64,000 nt of DNA from Trichoplax adhaerens (lineage: Eukaryota; Animalia; Placozoa), in the NCBI RefSeq assembly GCF_000150275.1, contig NW_002060952.1:828482-892481 (forward strand), read 5' to 3'. The notes under the pieces are model-generated. The model was not told the DNA's origin, searched no databases, and saw only the letters and a list, made by a program, of their open reading frames with translations. Made by a program: the position numbers and the translations under genes. This document shows positions 1 to 13,500 of this stretch, piece by piece; the first letter of the stretch is position 1; every line of letters begins with the position of its first letter.

Positions 1-1648
1 TAACTTGTTGAAACACGTAGATATACTCTGTTTCATGATTACTGTAATAAAATGAGATATTTAACCTGTATAAACTTTCAAAGCGGTAAATCAATGTGAA
101 AAAGCCACCTAACCGTATTTTACTGAGAGAGCATTGACTAACTATTACGTTTCATATTGGAGAGTATAAATTAATCCTTCAGTTTAAGAATTTCTATCCT
201 AGCTACGACAGTATGATTTATCTTTGACAATGGTAAACAGTTAATAATTTTATAAAAATATTATGATATTATAATTCACTCGGGATTGCTAAACTGATTA
301 AGATAGATAGCTAAATTTATAACTGTTTCCTCATTAATAAGTCATATCGGAGCGAAAAACGTAACAATAAACGAATAACTTGTTGCTGCCTTAATTTAAA
401 CTAAAGCCTTTTCGTATACTTCACGGTCTCATTAATTAAATTAAACGATAAGATACTTGACATCTTTTAATAAAATTTAAATCCAAAGAAAATGTCAGTA
501 GATAGTAACAGCCTTACTACAATTTAATTTATTAGGAGTCTAATGTTAACGGAGGATAAGAACTAACTATTAACAGAAAGACCTCACTTTATATACAACT
601 GGTAAACATCACCTGCCATCTTACAAGTTACTACAGCTTCCTAATTAATGGTGTAGGAGCTTCTACTAACACCATAGTGTCTTATATTATCGTCTATCTT
701 TCCAAATACGGTATAGATAACAACAACTGATTACATTGTTCATGTACTTTTAGTCGACAATACTATTATAATCATCATTTTAGATAAGATATCCCTACTA
801 ATATAGGATCTCCTATATTAACGTTAACAGCTATTTAAATTAATTAATCTCGCTAGCGTTACACATCTTGATTACGTATTGATTACAGCGAACTGAATAA
901 TGTAAAATAATCTATTAAGTTTTATCATAGTATTGCACCGTAGGTAAAGATAAGGTGCACTACTGCTTACAAAGAAAAAGAATAAATAAATAGATAAAAT
1001 TTACCTAATTGGTATATTTCCTACTAATCAATCATGGAATCTCTTTCTAAAATCATTGTGCTGTACAGTATAAAACCCCATGATATTTTTATTGTATCAT
1101 TATATATTGTCTGATGAATGTGATTTGAAGATATAGTTTACGTTATACTAAGATATCTTGTCAGAATTATGCCTTCTATCAATAGCTAGCACATCGTTAA
1201 GACTCATTCATGATTACAGACTATGGGGCGGCTAGGAAACTAAATAATAACATTTCCTTCTTTTGTGAACTGTTTGCACCCGCATATACGTGTCTTTGAA
1301 TGACAATTACATGACTGATCAGTTAGATTTACTTAAATAAACCCTGGGTGGCTATGGCAATTATAGGCGACAATGCTAGGCTGTATTAACAACCGATAAC
1401 TTACATGTTATAATGCGTAAAAATATATACAATAAAAGTATGTGTAAATATAAGTCTGCAAAGTGCATTAAATACTATTCAAATTAAAACGACTTTATAA
1501 ACGTAGAATATGAACATACTACAGACGATTGTTTAGTATACAACGCAAATTTATTTATACAATCAACAATGATACTTATGTTACTGAATGTCAAAGATTG
1601 CATGATTTAATAATGTCAAACAATCAATTTTGAGTAGTGCAGCCTTAC

Positions 1649-2601
1649 CACAATGTCCAGTACTTGTATAACTACAAATGCAAACGTCCGCAATGATGAG
1701 AATATTAGGAAAGGCACTTCGTAGTTTACGAATAGCTTGCATTGCTGGGGCATTTTCCGAGTCAGCATTTGAACCACGAACATCCTGTATCATTCCAAAC
1801 GAAAAGACTGATCAAAATTATAGCTATTTGGTTGTATAATATCCCTTAGATTTCTTGGCGCAGGGAAAACTGTTACAATTTGTGCGCGATCAAGCACATG
1901 TTAAAGATAGAAATAAAGCTTGGGCATTACGATGCTGAACTAGGTGGGAGTTACCTTGGATAGGTTTTGTAAAACGCCGAAGATTAACACTGATGTTAAA
2001 CCTTTATCAACTAAGGGTCCTACATGAGCTTCTAGGCGATTACAACCATAACTATATAGAAAATGGGTGCACAAGTTAGATTACATAGAGTTGATGATAT
2101 CCTACAAAATGATCTTCTGATCTGATATTGAGATTAATAGACAAGTTGTAGCTTGATGAATGTAAATACGGAGGTTCTTTAATCGCAATTAGATACCACA
2201 ACAGAAATTCGAATAATATAAGATGATCTGTAACTTTGACTTCAAGTTTTTCCTCTCATTTTACCGTGTTAAAGCAGGAAGAGCTTCTAATGGTTCTTCA
2301 ACATCGGGTTTGTCACTAAATAATTGAAAGTAAAAGATATATCACAAGTACAGCAAATATAAATGCGTCATATTTGGATCAATGAGTTAACAATTAGTCC
2401 TAATATATTTTCAACAGAAGTGCTATACTGAAAATATGAGCAAAAACTATCATTAAGATAGTTATAATCAAGATTTCAGTTAACTTACTGGACAAGAATA
2501 GGATATACAAAATTTTCTTTGGTTAAAACAGCTTCGGTAGATTGCCAATTTCGTAACACTTGGTGTCGATAGGAACAAAATAAAGTGCTGCGTTTCGCCA
2601 T
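1649..2601 (-). CDS. ALAD: Delta-aminolevulinic acid dehydratase (porphobilinogen synthase), first four coding exons; 3' part lies left of the window
   Basis: Exons (-): 2601-2489, 2315-2265, 2051-1955, 1784-1649, all GT-AG and phase-compatible. They give [133 protein letters not shown]. This aligns with the eukaryotic ALAD N-terminus and the Zn-binding DxCxCxYTxxGHCG motif. The ATG is directly preceded by a CAG acceptor, suggesting a 5'UTR intron. No further ALAD exon was recognised in 1-1648. Confidence 0.95.
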
Positions 2602-3803
2602 CTGCAGTATAATTTTCGAGTATAATATTTCAATACATCAATTACAAAAATGATCATTAACTGCATAAAAGATATCTTGTAATACTAACAAGCCTGTTAT
2701 TTGAATGTCTGATAGCGTACAAAAAGATTGCCAATCTTATCAAACGATAAATGCTGGAAGAATCAGTTTTGGTCACTCTTGATTCGATAGCCGCTGCGAT
2801 ATCACTAAGAGTGATGTATAATGTACTTTATTGAGGTAAATGATCAGGATTGCTACCTTAAAAGCGTAAGAAGACAATGAAAAGGCGGAAAGCGTCTATT
2901 TAACAGGGAAATAGTGACAAAAACGGATAGAAATTGATTTCTAAGTTGCTCAACTTGTAAAAGGAACTGAGTACGATAGTTAACTGTTTGAACTTTTATA
3001 CTTGGTTACGGTAACAAACTAAAGCTTGAATTATTAATAGAAGAGCAGTCGCCAGCGATGCGTAATTATTACTAGTCAGTTTATTAAATAGATTATAAAT
3101 TGTATTCAAACAAATGGCTTTTAATAATTTTTATTACGTCTAAGTTTTATGTTGTTCACAGTATGCAGTGTGATTTTATTGGTTAAAACTAAACGGATTA
3201 TTGACTAGGGTTAACACCCGTAGTGCGTTATTGTACCGATTAGAACACCTAACGGCCACAATTGCCTGTTGATGCTCTAAATTCATTTGATCTCAATTTT
3301 TAGTGCTATAATAAGCTAGGCAAGATCAAAACATTTGATTTTATGAATGTTATATATGTACATGATATAGAACAATTACTAAATGACTGTTTGTTAATGC
3401 TATTGTGATCACATTTGTAAATGTATTTGAATGGTCTACGGTCAAATGCAGTAGCTTAATAAAATTGATCTAAATTTTCCGTTAGTTAGTTTTACTTGAC
3501 TGCCACGAATTTGAAATATTTCTACTTTCTACCGGTAGCCTCATGCATAATTCTACTAATTGGAACTATCTTAATTATCAGAATCTATTTGTTATTGGAA
3601 TAGATACGAAATTCAGTCATCCATTTTTGCCCACTATCACTATAAACTAATGTGGTACTACATTGTTTGCGTGAATACTGATTGCGTAGCGTATCAATAT
3701 ATAGCAAAGTTATGAGAACGACAGAATTATAGCTGTTATACTGTTCTACTGCAACAGAATATAAATACGGATGGGTTTCTTAATTTACCTTTTTGAATTT
3801 TAG

Positions 3804-6114
3804 GAGCTTCTAATGCTAAAAATGTCAATTTTTGTCTTGTAGCTCGAATGGATGAATTATTTTGTTATCATCTCGATCGGTAATTCTCATACGTTTGAAG
3901 TCCTTGCAAATAATTAAATAAAATCAAAGATACAGTAGTGCCGTACATTATTATTATCATATTTAAAGCGATAAGAGCCTATTTCCATGACAATATCTTA
4001 ATGATGTTATAAGATATAACAATAACGTTAATTGTTGATGTATTTTTTATCTGAATATACAGTGATTCGATAAAATTTATCATAGTTGCTAATGAGTAAG
4101 TTCTAAGAATTAATTCTTGTCATTATGTTCTATTTAAGATCTTATTTTACAATTTGATGGGAAATTTATAACATTACTTTACTTACACTAGTACAACTGA
4201 TTCTAATTACATTACTAGGCTTAAAGAACGAGCTAGGAAATGCAAAATATAAACGTTTCCGGAGTATCCTGGTATATTTCAACTTCTAATAGTTATAAAT
4301 GAAAGCAGTTTGGTATAAGATCAGGTCGTAATTGGATCGTTATCGTAGATGATAGCAACTAGATATTCTGCTGAATTACATTAACGCATTTATTTTCATA
4401 AATTTGAAAAGTTTAACGCCTGATGATTTAAGAACAACATTATTCGATCAGACAATCTAAAAAAACAATTATCGTTTCATCTTAGTTAAAGTATCATGCA
4501 TTATTTAAATGGTCAATATGAACCTGGTGAAAGCTACTAACAGTAAGTAAACACTTATTTTTATATTGTTTGCTATAACTTCCAACAATCCAATATTTAT
4601 GTTGATATCTCATGTTGACTTACATTATCTCAATATTTTAAGATCATAAGTTAGACGTCACTAATCAGATTTCATTCACGGACAATACACTCAACATATT
4701 GTTGACTAATTTCAAGCTCGATCGTACACCATTCATCATATAAGGATTGCATTGGTCTGTATTTTTATGAATAATTTCAAAGGAACCTATCGGTAGATTT
4801 CCATGATTTATAAATTAGGAACAGGTCATACAAAGTTACTATCAATTCTTCAAGTAAATTGCAAGGAATATTTATTTCGTCCAATATAGTATTTGTTCAG
4901 TCTAACTGTGGAGACCTATTGATGTTTTTTGATCGATAAGATAATTTTGCCAAATTTATTGAAAGAATTTATTAACTACTGCAGGATCAACAATGACTAA
5001 TGCAAGATAAAGATTTCGATTTCATGACGATAGAGCTATCTTACATTGTTTCATCATTTCATTATCTCAGAACTGAGAGAGGTCGCTGACTATAGACAAG
5101 ATTGTCTATATTCAGATGATGGTAATAATTACTATGTTTGTAAAAGAGAATAATATTGAACCACCATCGAAACCATTGCTTCATTAGGTTTCCCAGGGGA
5201 GTTGGCTTTACGATAGGCTATACACTTATACTATATTTTTCAATGCGGAACCTCAGGCTACTAAATGATAATCAGATTGCACCACATAATGTGGACGATC
5301 CTTCAAAATTTTGATTTCATAGCGTTAAGGATAAAATGTGAGATTGACGTACACATGATAGTCAACAGGTCATGTGGTCGAAAGAACAATGCAAGTAAAT
5401 TTATAGCAATAACTCCCTACGATTTAATCAAATAATTAGTTATTACAGTATCATGCATTCTTATATAAAACTCATACGCACAATAATTTGAAGCTTTCAT
5501 TCAGTTAAATTTCAATAATATTTACTAGCATATTGTAATTACAATAACTGCGGTAACATTGGAAAATAGTTAATATGAATGTTATTACATTGACATGAAA
5601 TACACATTGAACTTTAGCTAATTTTTGGAGACTTTAGTTGAAGCATTTCAAGAGTTTGCATAAATTCATATGAAGGAGATGCTACTATAGCGAGATTTAT
5701 AACTTTACCACTTGCTGGCCATTTTGAAATAGTTACTTTTCTAAGATGTAAATGCATTTTCAAAGTGTTAGTATTTCCACCAATTAAATTCAAGGCTTGA
5801 CCTATTTTAGGGCTGACAACCTATGGCAGAAAATATGAACAGGAGCTATTTGAAAGGAAAAGATTAAACGAAATAATAATTTCGAGTAGCTCTTACTTGA
5901 TTATGACCGATTTTTTTCGAAGAGTATTGATGATCACCTAATACAGGGCAACCAAGCGCATCTGCTGCATGCACACGTATTTGTTTTTTATAGTACGTTT
6001 TAGTTTCAAATTCTATCAGTGCGCAGCCTATTTCACTTTTAGAGAGGACCTTATAGTTTGTAGAAGCAAGCCTGACCCTACCGCCATATTTGTATGCTAT
6101 TTCCTAAGAGAAAG
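3804..6114 (+). pseudogene. Possible decayed multi-exon gene (unassigned)
   Basis: Chain of exon-like segments: 3804-3879 (GASNAKNVNFCLVARMDELFCYHLDR), 4219-4271 (in-frame TAA at 4250), 4402-4542 (acceptor reads TAA rather than TAG; two stops), 4643 onward, 5070-5152, and 6043-6114 (EDLIVCRSKPDPTAIFVCYFLRE, clean AG/GTAAG). The first four segments are phase-compatible, but internal stops are present. Confidence 0.2.
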
Positions 6115-8129
6115 GTAAGATTGGTATATTAAAGAATCAGCAAGAGCTTCATTACATAATAATGTAGTCTTACGTAACATCATATCATAACATATCTTAG
6201 TATTCATTCCCTACAAGTGAAACAACAAACGAACTATACAGTTAATAACCTGCTTTGATGCACCTTCATCTTGCATTTTTAGTTTTACCTATAATTGAAG
6301 CAAAGTTTGATTTGCTTAAGCAGTCTTGGTAAGCGTACGCTTATTTTTTTCCTTAAATCATTACTGAACAGTTGAAGTATTTAATGATAACTGCATAATC
6401 TTTTACTGGCACAGATATTTAAATGCACACCATTATATAAAATTGAAACCAACCCTTTTCAATGTTTTATCTTCTACTATTGGTATATCGATAGTTCCTA
6501 ACAGTAAAAAATGTTATTTTTAGTATAATTTTCTAACGGATGAGAAATTGGGGTATACTTTCCGATTTAGAAATTCAGATACTAATTTGTAGTATTATAA
6601 ATGGAAAAAGGGCATTTAAAATCACACTGAGTTAGTAATTCAGTGAAACCTTTTATTGCTTTGGGAATGCCCACGGTGATAGCCCTGAAGAAATAAAGAT
6701 AAGAATTAAAAGGTAGAACTAGAAGTAATAATTGGAAGGTAATAATGAAGTAGATAACGCGAAATAGTCACTTTTAAGGCTTTAAAATGCCTATACAAAA
6801 GTAATTTAAATCATATATAGTTACCAATATCGCTGATAGATTTTACCATTTATGAAGGATTTCTGAATTCTTTCGCTTACTTCTTTGTCTCTATTGAATA
6901 TGTGCAGATATATAGATGTATATATTAGAAAGTCAATTAAGAGTAAGGAAGGATACGACAAAATTTAATTTTATAACTAATTTTTACTTCGAGCCAATAA
7001 GAATTCCGGTACAATTCCTATTCAGTCGAGGGAAAAAGAAATTTTATCATGTTTAATTTAACCTTATTGAAATGTACTGTATCTAGTGAATACTAACAGT
7101 ATCGAATCGGATTTAAGTATATTAATGATAAAAAGTTATAGAATGAGCCAATCTATTGCAATCATTAGTATGAAGAACTGATACGATACTCCTTAAAATA
7201 TATATATATTACTGACCATACAAAACATGAATATAACAACTATAAGAAAATTTGCATGCGTACCTATCCAAGACATGAGAAAGGTATACTGGTTGGCTAT
7301 CATCATCGAGATTTAATTCTCTATAGATAGAATGACAGTTATATCCGATACCAGGATTATCTAAATGCGTGAAGAACGTTAGATGTTAGCAAGCATGAAG
7401 TTGAGACCATTCTGTTATCATCAATGTTAGTTTCTTGGCAGTGTTACAAACGACAGGAAATCATGCTGTAGTTAATACGATTACCATGACTTGCTATACC
7501 ATAAGGCTTGTTAATTGCAATGACATTGTCTATTGAGGATGATAAAGAAAGAATATGGTTAAGACGAAAATTTATGATGGTTGTATGTTTATTGCAAAGA
7601 TGTTTAATTCAATGCAGTAGTGAGAAATTTTTGTTCAAAATTTGTAGCCAAGCTGTAAGAATATAAAGTCATTGCGGTACTGAGATACGCAGTAAGATTT
7701 TGATATGATGTAGGTTACTTCCATGCATAGGCATTATTCTAAAAGATTTCAATTGGAGAACTTACAGCTATTGACTAGCAGCGTATCTGCTGTCACAACT
7801 GGTACCCTTGACGCCGAAGAAAGAGTTCGATAGAACTGGGCCCAAAATACTCGTATATTCGCCATCAGAGTCGGTTTCTAGCTTGAATTTTGATGTCGAT
7901 AACAGCTGTAGCACTGATATAATAAAATTTGAATACAGCAGCTAGAGCGTAAGGAATCAATCAATTAACATTATAACCTCCTAGACAGCAATGCAAGCTG
8001 CACTACTTTGAGCTGCAGGACCTTGCGATAATTTTACATTCATAGTTGCATACAAGTTCTATTCAACACAGTAAGTGACTGCCATGACGGTTAGTTTAAT
8101 TTTACTGTATGTGTGTTCGTGGACCGGCA

Positions 8130-8449
8130 TTACGATCTCACAAACAGGCAAGGATTGAAGACCTATTACAAGCAGCAAATACTGTACTACTGCACCGATC
8201 ATTAGCTAGCCTTCCTTCCTACTCATCCACTCCTATTACCTTTGGTATTCGTAGCAGAAATGGATACGGACGTGTCAATAAGCGTTTGAAATTTCTATAG
8301 CCTGCAAAATATACTCTCGTTCAAGTCTTACGCTTTAGCTTTTTATTTCACGTACAATAATTTGGAAATTCAGTGATCTTCCTCATCACTTTGCCTTAAT
8401 GGCTTACCTGGCGTGTTTTGCTTGTGCCACCGTTGAAGCCGAGCAACGT
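8130..8449 (-). other. Candidate spliced antisense/divergent transcript (lncRNA or micro-protein exons)
   Basis: Exons 8449-8408, 8301-8240 and 8162-8130, joined by canonical introns of 106 nt (GTAAGC...TTTTGCAG) and 77 nt (GTAATA...CTTGTAATAG). One frame stays open across both junctions. Confidence 0.3.
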
Positions 8450-8698
8450 CTACAGTATTGGTCTATCGCGATCTCTGGCCAAGACCGTAGCTTACACAGG
8501 CTTTGTATTAAGATCTACAGTCCAATGAGAACAGTACATACTGTACAGCATGGTACTGTGCACTGTACAGGACCATGTTGATAACACAGTACTGCGCAGC
8601 CTCGTGCCTCAAGCAGCTCTAGGCAAAACTGTAGTACGCTTACAGTACACTAGCCCCAAAATGCAAATACTGTATAATACATTCATTGACTGTACTCA

Positions 8699-8756
8699 GT
8701 CATGGACTACTAAATGATTTAGTAGTGCACGACGAAGTAATTTAGCAGTCCATGGC
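8699..8756. repeat. 35-bp imperfect palindrome plus a third direct copy of a 17-bp motif
   Basis: GTCATGGACTACTAAAT (8699-8715), G, ATTTAGTAGTGCACGAC (8717-8733), then ATTTAGCAGTCCATGGC (8740-8756). Consensus ATTTAGTAGTCCATGAC. Confidence 0.8.
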
Positions 8757-9592
8757 TCAGTCAATTTTAGCCATAAGACTTCTAAAATAGAAAAGAAAAA
8801 TGCTTCCAAATCCCTGCTACAGCTACAGTACATGACAGTATCTTCCAGTATACTGTAGCGTACTGTACAGTACACTCTGTTCAGCAGAGGGTTTGGTCCG
8901 ACCACCAGACGGACAGAAGTCAATCAATTGCCAAGCTGCCTCTTCCTGCTGGTGCGGTCTAGCCAGGTAAAACTATGTAAAATGACCAGCAAATAGTTTC
9001 TATTTTCAGTAGTAAACAACAGTTGGATGTCCCCATGGTGATCCTGGACACAAGATCATACTACTGATCTGTGGTATACCGATACATCGACAGTACAGTT
9101 TGCCTGGAAATGGATTGGCTTCATTAACTGTAAGAGGAACACCGACAAGATTTTACATCATCAACCAAGAACAGACGTTCAATATACTGTGCTTTAGTCA
9201 TAAATGTGCCATAGATTACTCCGCTGCACTCGTAGCTGCAGTATACTGTAATCTCAATGAACAGGAATCAATTAAAATAGTATTAAAAAGAAAGTATACG
9301 CGTGTTTATAAAGTCTTTCACTTGGGATACTAGATCTCGGTAAATTATACGTCAATTACTTCCAGTAAGTACTAGTTAGGATGTATATGCTATGCAATCA
9401 TGAATGCCGTTGAACCTGATAGTACAGTATAGTCAGTTCTCTTGAATCATACTAATCTTTCATGTAATTCAATCGCGATTGTTGTTCACTGGCTCTACAA
9501 TATGTTGTTGGTAGCCTTAATAATGATGCATTATAATTGCTACAAGTTAGATATCATCAGCATACCTATCGAATCAACCTATAATTGCTAGG

Positions 9593-10540
9593 ATGGAAGT
9601 GATCAAATCGCAGCCAAGCTGGAGTGGTACTTTTGGTGGGCGTGATGTAATCAGAAAAGCTGAGATTGATGTCGATGCATATGTGAAGCACACGGTATCG
9701 TTATCGTTAAGGTGGTCTTTTGTACCATTTTGCGGTTGCATCTTTTGTCAGCCTTGTCGTTATTGCTGTTGGGCTGAAGATGAAGCTCGAATTCAAGCCA
9801 ATGCTATCAGCTTAATCTTATATGAGCAAGAGTTAGAATTAACCTTGAAGAGTCATAAAATACGATGCCCCTGCGTTGGAGCAGCCCCACCGCCGCGTCC
9901 TTACACAATATATGGTACTGTATTTGCGTTATCTAAATTGCAGTACTACAATACTTCCTAATTATCACTATCTTTTGCGGGACTTTTATCTATGGTATAT
10001 TATTTATAGAATTAGTGCTAAGAATGCGTACTGTACTCATAATAACAGCATTTATATACTCGTATACTGTACTTATACATGGGACTCAAGCAAGATCCAA
10101 AATCTCCTGATACAAGTTGCAACTATAATTAATTAAGCTAACTAATATGGTAGCGAGATATATGTACAGTATTGAGACCTACGGGTAAATATATACGATC
10201 ACATTCTTGCATTTCGATAAATCTAGAAATGTGCGATCTTTACAACGGCTTTCTTGAATATACTAATTTGTCATTGATTTTATTTTTTATAAACTAAATA
10301 GCAACATGTGGAATAGTTCCCGATGTAACCACTACTGTCCCATTGTCTCAAATTCAAAAAATAGCTTTAACTGAATTTCAAGGAATCGAATTGCTACAAT
10401 TTGTTTATATAACTGGACAATCATCACGACCAAATCAACCTGCGCCATGTGCTAGTATCACTGTTAGATGCGTGAAAAATGCAAAAAGTTTTAGAGATGC
10501 GGTATTACAACAACAAAGGATGATTTCCGAAAAAAAGTAG
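9593..10540 (+). CDS. Uncharacterised Cys-rich protein, paralogue A (186 aa), putative membrane segment plus bacterial-type PH-like domain
   Basis: Exons 9593-9914 and 10302-10540, with a phase-1 intron GTACTG...AAATAG. The spliced product joins the track ORFs at 9593 and 10343 (…PPPRPYTIYATCGIVPDVTTTVPLSQIQKI…). About 45% identical (39/86, ungapped) to paralogue B, with the same intron position. Confidence 0.85.
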
Positions 10541-13500
10541 TAGATGTTTAGGCGAAGTTAAACAGATACTAAGAAGTAACATTTATTGTAAAAAAAATTC
10601 GATAATTGAATGGGTATCGTCTGGATATGCTTATAGCAATTTTGAATGTCTTGAAGATAAATTATAGTATTTTGTGATAGTACCATAGGAGTGTTAATTG
10701 TCATGTATGATTACTAACACTGCATATGAGTACAATCCTATACATTTCATTTCTGCTAGGAAAACGCCTTATTTTATAGCCATTAATAGGATTTTTAACA
10801 TTGGTTAAAGTGCAGAATTTATGGATAAAGTTTATTTTAAAAATAAATATTTAGAATATTACATATGTTTCAACTAGCGTGCATATCAGTGCAAGCGCAT
10901 CATTCTACACGATTTTTAGAAGATTCAAGATAATGTAGTTTACTCCTATGTAAACTTTGTAAAGTTTCTATTTCATTTTAAATAGGTAAATTAATATTTG
11001 ATTCGCTAGTTCTACAAGTGACATAGTCCATTAAATTGCGCTTTGAAATTTTATGCAAGTATGATATTAAATAACGGTGAACAAAAAATATACCTACCTT
11101 TGAGCTAAAATAGGTATTACAAACCGAGGTTTGCCACAATGAAATTATAACTACGATCGTTTCGTTGAGCTTCTCTTTTCAACATTGACATACAGTACAT
11201 CTCAAATACAAACGATCTCTAATCTGTCGGTATTTGCAATAACTACGCTCCTCTCTTAGAGTAAACTCTAAAGCCCAAATTTATTAGCTAATTAATTAAT
11301 ATACAGTGCATAATACAGCTACGCAAGTATCGACTATCATTACTAAGATGTCGGTATGAAAACATACTGTTATCCCTAAAAATATGTATGAAATTTTAGA
11401 TAAGAGTTTTACCTATGTTTAGCAAGCTACACTTTCTATTGAAATAAGATAACATTCTCTATAAAAAATCGCTTCGTGATAAGAATCTATCTCAATAACT
11501 AGAGATCGAAGTACAGCATTAAGGAGTAACACGTTATTCAATATCAGTTCTTCTATGTATAAATCTTATGGGATATAGGAACTCATATATTATTATATAT
11601 AGACGAATATGATAAGGCAGAAACTGGCAGTGCACGTGATCGATATAGTCTATAAAGGATATACTTATAATTTTATAAAATTTTGAATAATATCTTAACT
11701 TTTAGTACTGCAATTATCCCAGATAAAATTTGTTCATTAGTATTACTTACCTAGAGATAACTATTCTCGTTCGATTACCCTCCTAAACAAATGCAAGCTA
11801 TGGAGGTGAATCTTAGTCTCGATGCTTTCACAATTTCCTATAAGTAGAAATAACTAGTCATGAAGATTTATTAGATTAATCTGAATTGGTTGATGGATGT
11901 GTCAGTTACATATGTTTCAAACCAGAATTTCTTTTAAAATATCTTTGAAAATTCCTGCATCCTTATGCTCTTTTTCAATAAAGCTATGTGAATTAAGTAT
12001 TGCTAGTGTCGTGCATATAGAAATGAAGATAACAAATCTGGCGAATTATGATTTAATTATTGAGGATCCTGCAAGATATGATGTAGTTATCTAGTATATT
12101 TACAGTACATGTTATACACTCTAACTTAGTACTGTTACGAATACGCACGGATATCATCCTGCTGTACAACATAAGATAGTATAACTGTATTGGCACTTGT
12201 TATCATAAGAGAACTATATCCAGGCAGGTGATCTGATTCATCGGTAACCAACCAGTAGCCGAAAGACTACATACTTATAACTGTCCACATCATACAATCA
12301 GTCATTCAACAGTTCTAGTGTTAAGAGATACTCTCTAAGTAGCGAAGTTCTTGAGATATCTATTGTGGAGAACATTCGTGGTATATAACCTCTTACATTG
12401 CTAAGAGTAATTCTAATTCTATTTGGATAGAAGTTAATAAACGTAACTTGTAGAGATTACACGAATAATACTTCATCCCTGAGTCTTTACCGGAGTACCT
12501 CAACGTCAAGTCACATATACGTATATTCATCAAGGGCTACATTTATAACATACGATCGAAAAAATTTTAATCTAACTTATAGATTAGCAAGTTGTTTGGG
12601 ACTTAAGATTTAGACATGGATAATTATTGCTGCTATCGTAGCGTGCAATTATATTTACCATCAAGTTATGACATCCAATATAGCAATTTGACCATCAAAA
12701 GGCCCGTCATAATTTCAGCTGGCTATGATTGTTTGAGCAGTTCGATGTCATTCTTAGGGAATTATTTACAAAATACCTTTATGATGGTATAATTACAATG
12801 GAAAAGCCGATTTGATTGATATAACGAAGTAAATGTAAAAGGAATATCACTCTATAATTGAATTTAAATCGAGATGTTAGCCTGATTAATATCAGCAGTA
12901 AGACTCTTTTAAAAATATATAAATTAGTACAGTACAATTCAACTTTCAGCAGATACACAAGTTAAAAATGTACTTTAATCTAATCTTAAATTATAGAGAA
13001 CTAATATTGCCGTAATTATCTGTTTCAGTAGATAAACCGCGAACTAAGAGTTAGACAATTCATTTACTGTATAGAGTATCTAATTTTACACATGTTCATG
13101 TACATTTACTACTTTGGTTACTGTCTCCTTAGCTGTGATTTACAACGAACAGTTTCTCAAAAAGTATGGATTATTGCATAATCGTAGTAGCAAGATTATA
13201 AATCTTCACTGTCATTTAAATGCTGATATTTTACGATGACATTGTTTGAGACAATATAAAATGAGACAAAATACGGTACACATATGTTAACATATAAACA
13301 TACAAATAATAATAAAAAAAAAATACGAAAATGAATTTATATTGTTTTTAATGGTCATTAAGAAACGAAATTGAGCAGGTGATATTGATCTCATTGATAA
13401 ATGAATATGGTTGCAGCTGAGAGCATCATTAAAACTACATATAATATAGGCGTTAGGTATCGCATTTTGTTAGATGCTGAAGCACTTTGTATTCATTTTA

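Noticed and set aside
1581-1648. C-terminal part of the track ORF 1581-1793 (KAALLKIDC...)
   Set aside because: Read-through into the ALAD intron after the GTAAG donor at 1648.
8109-9333. Track ORFs 8109, 8399, 8696 and 9100 as proteins or transposase remnants
   Set aside because: No recognisable motifs. Their Y/C/T/V richness comes from the TACTGT words, and no TIR/TSD pair was found.
9887-9904. PPPRPY / PPPDPY as WW-binding PPxY motifs
   Set aside because: The spacing is PPxPY, not canonical PPxY, and it lies inside the predicted domain.
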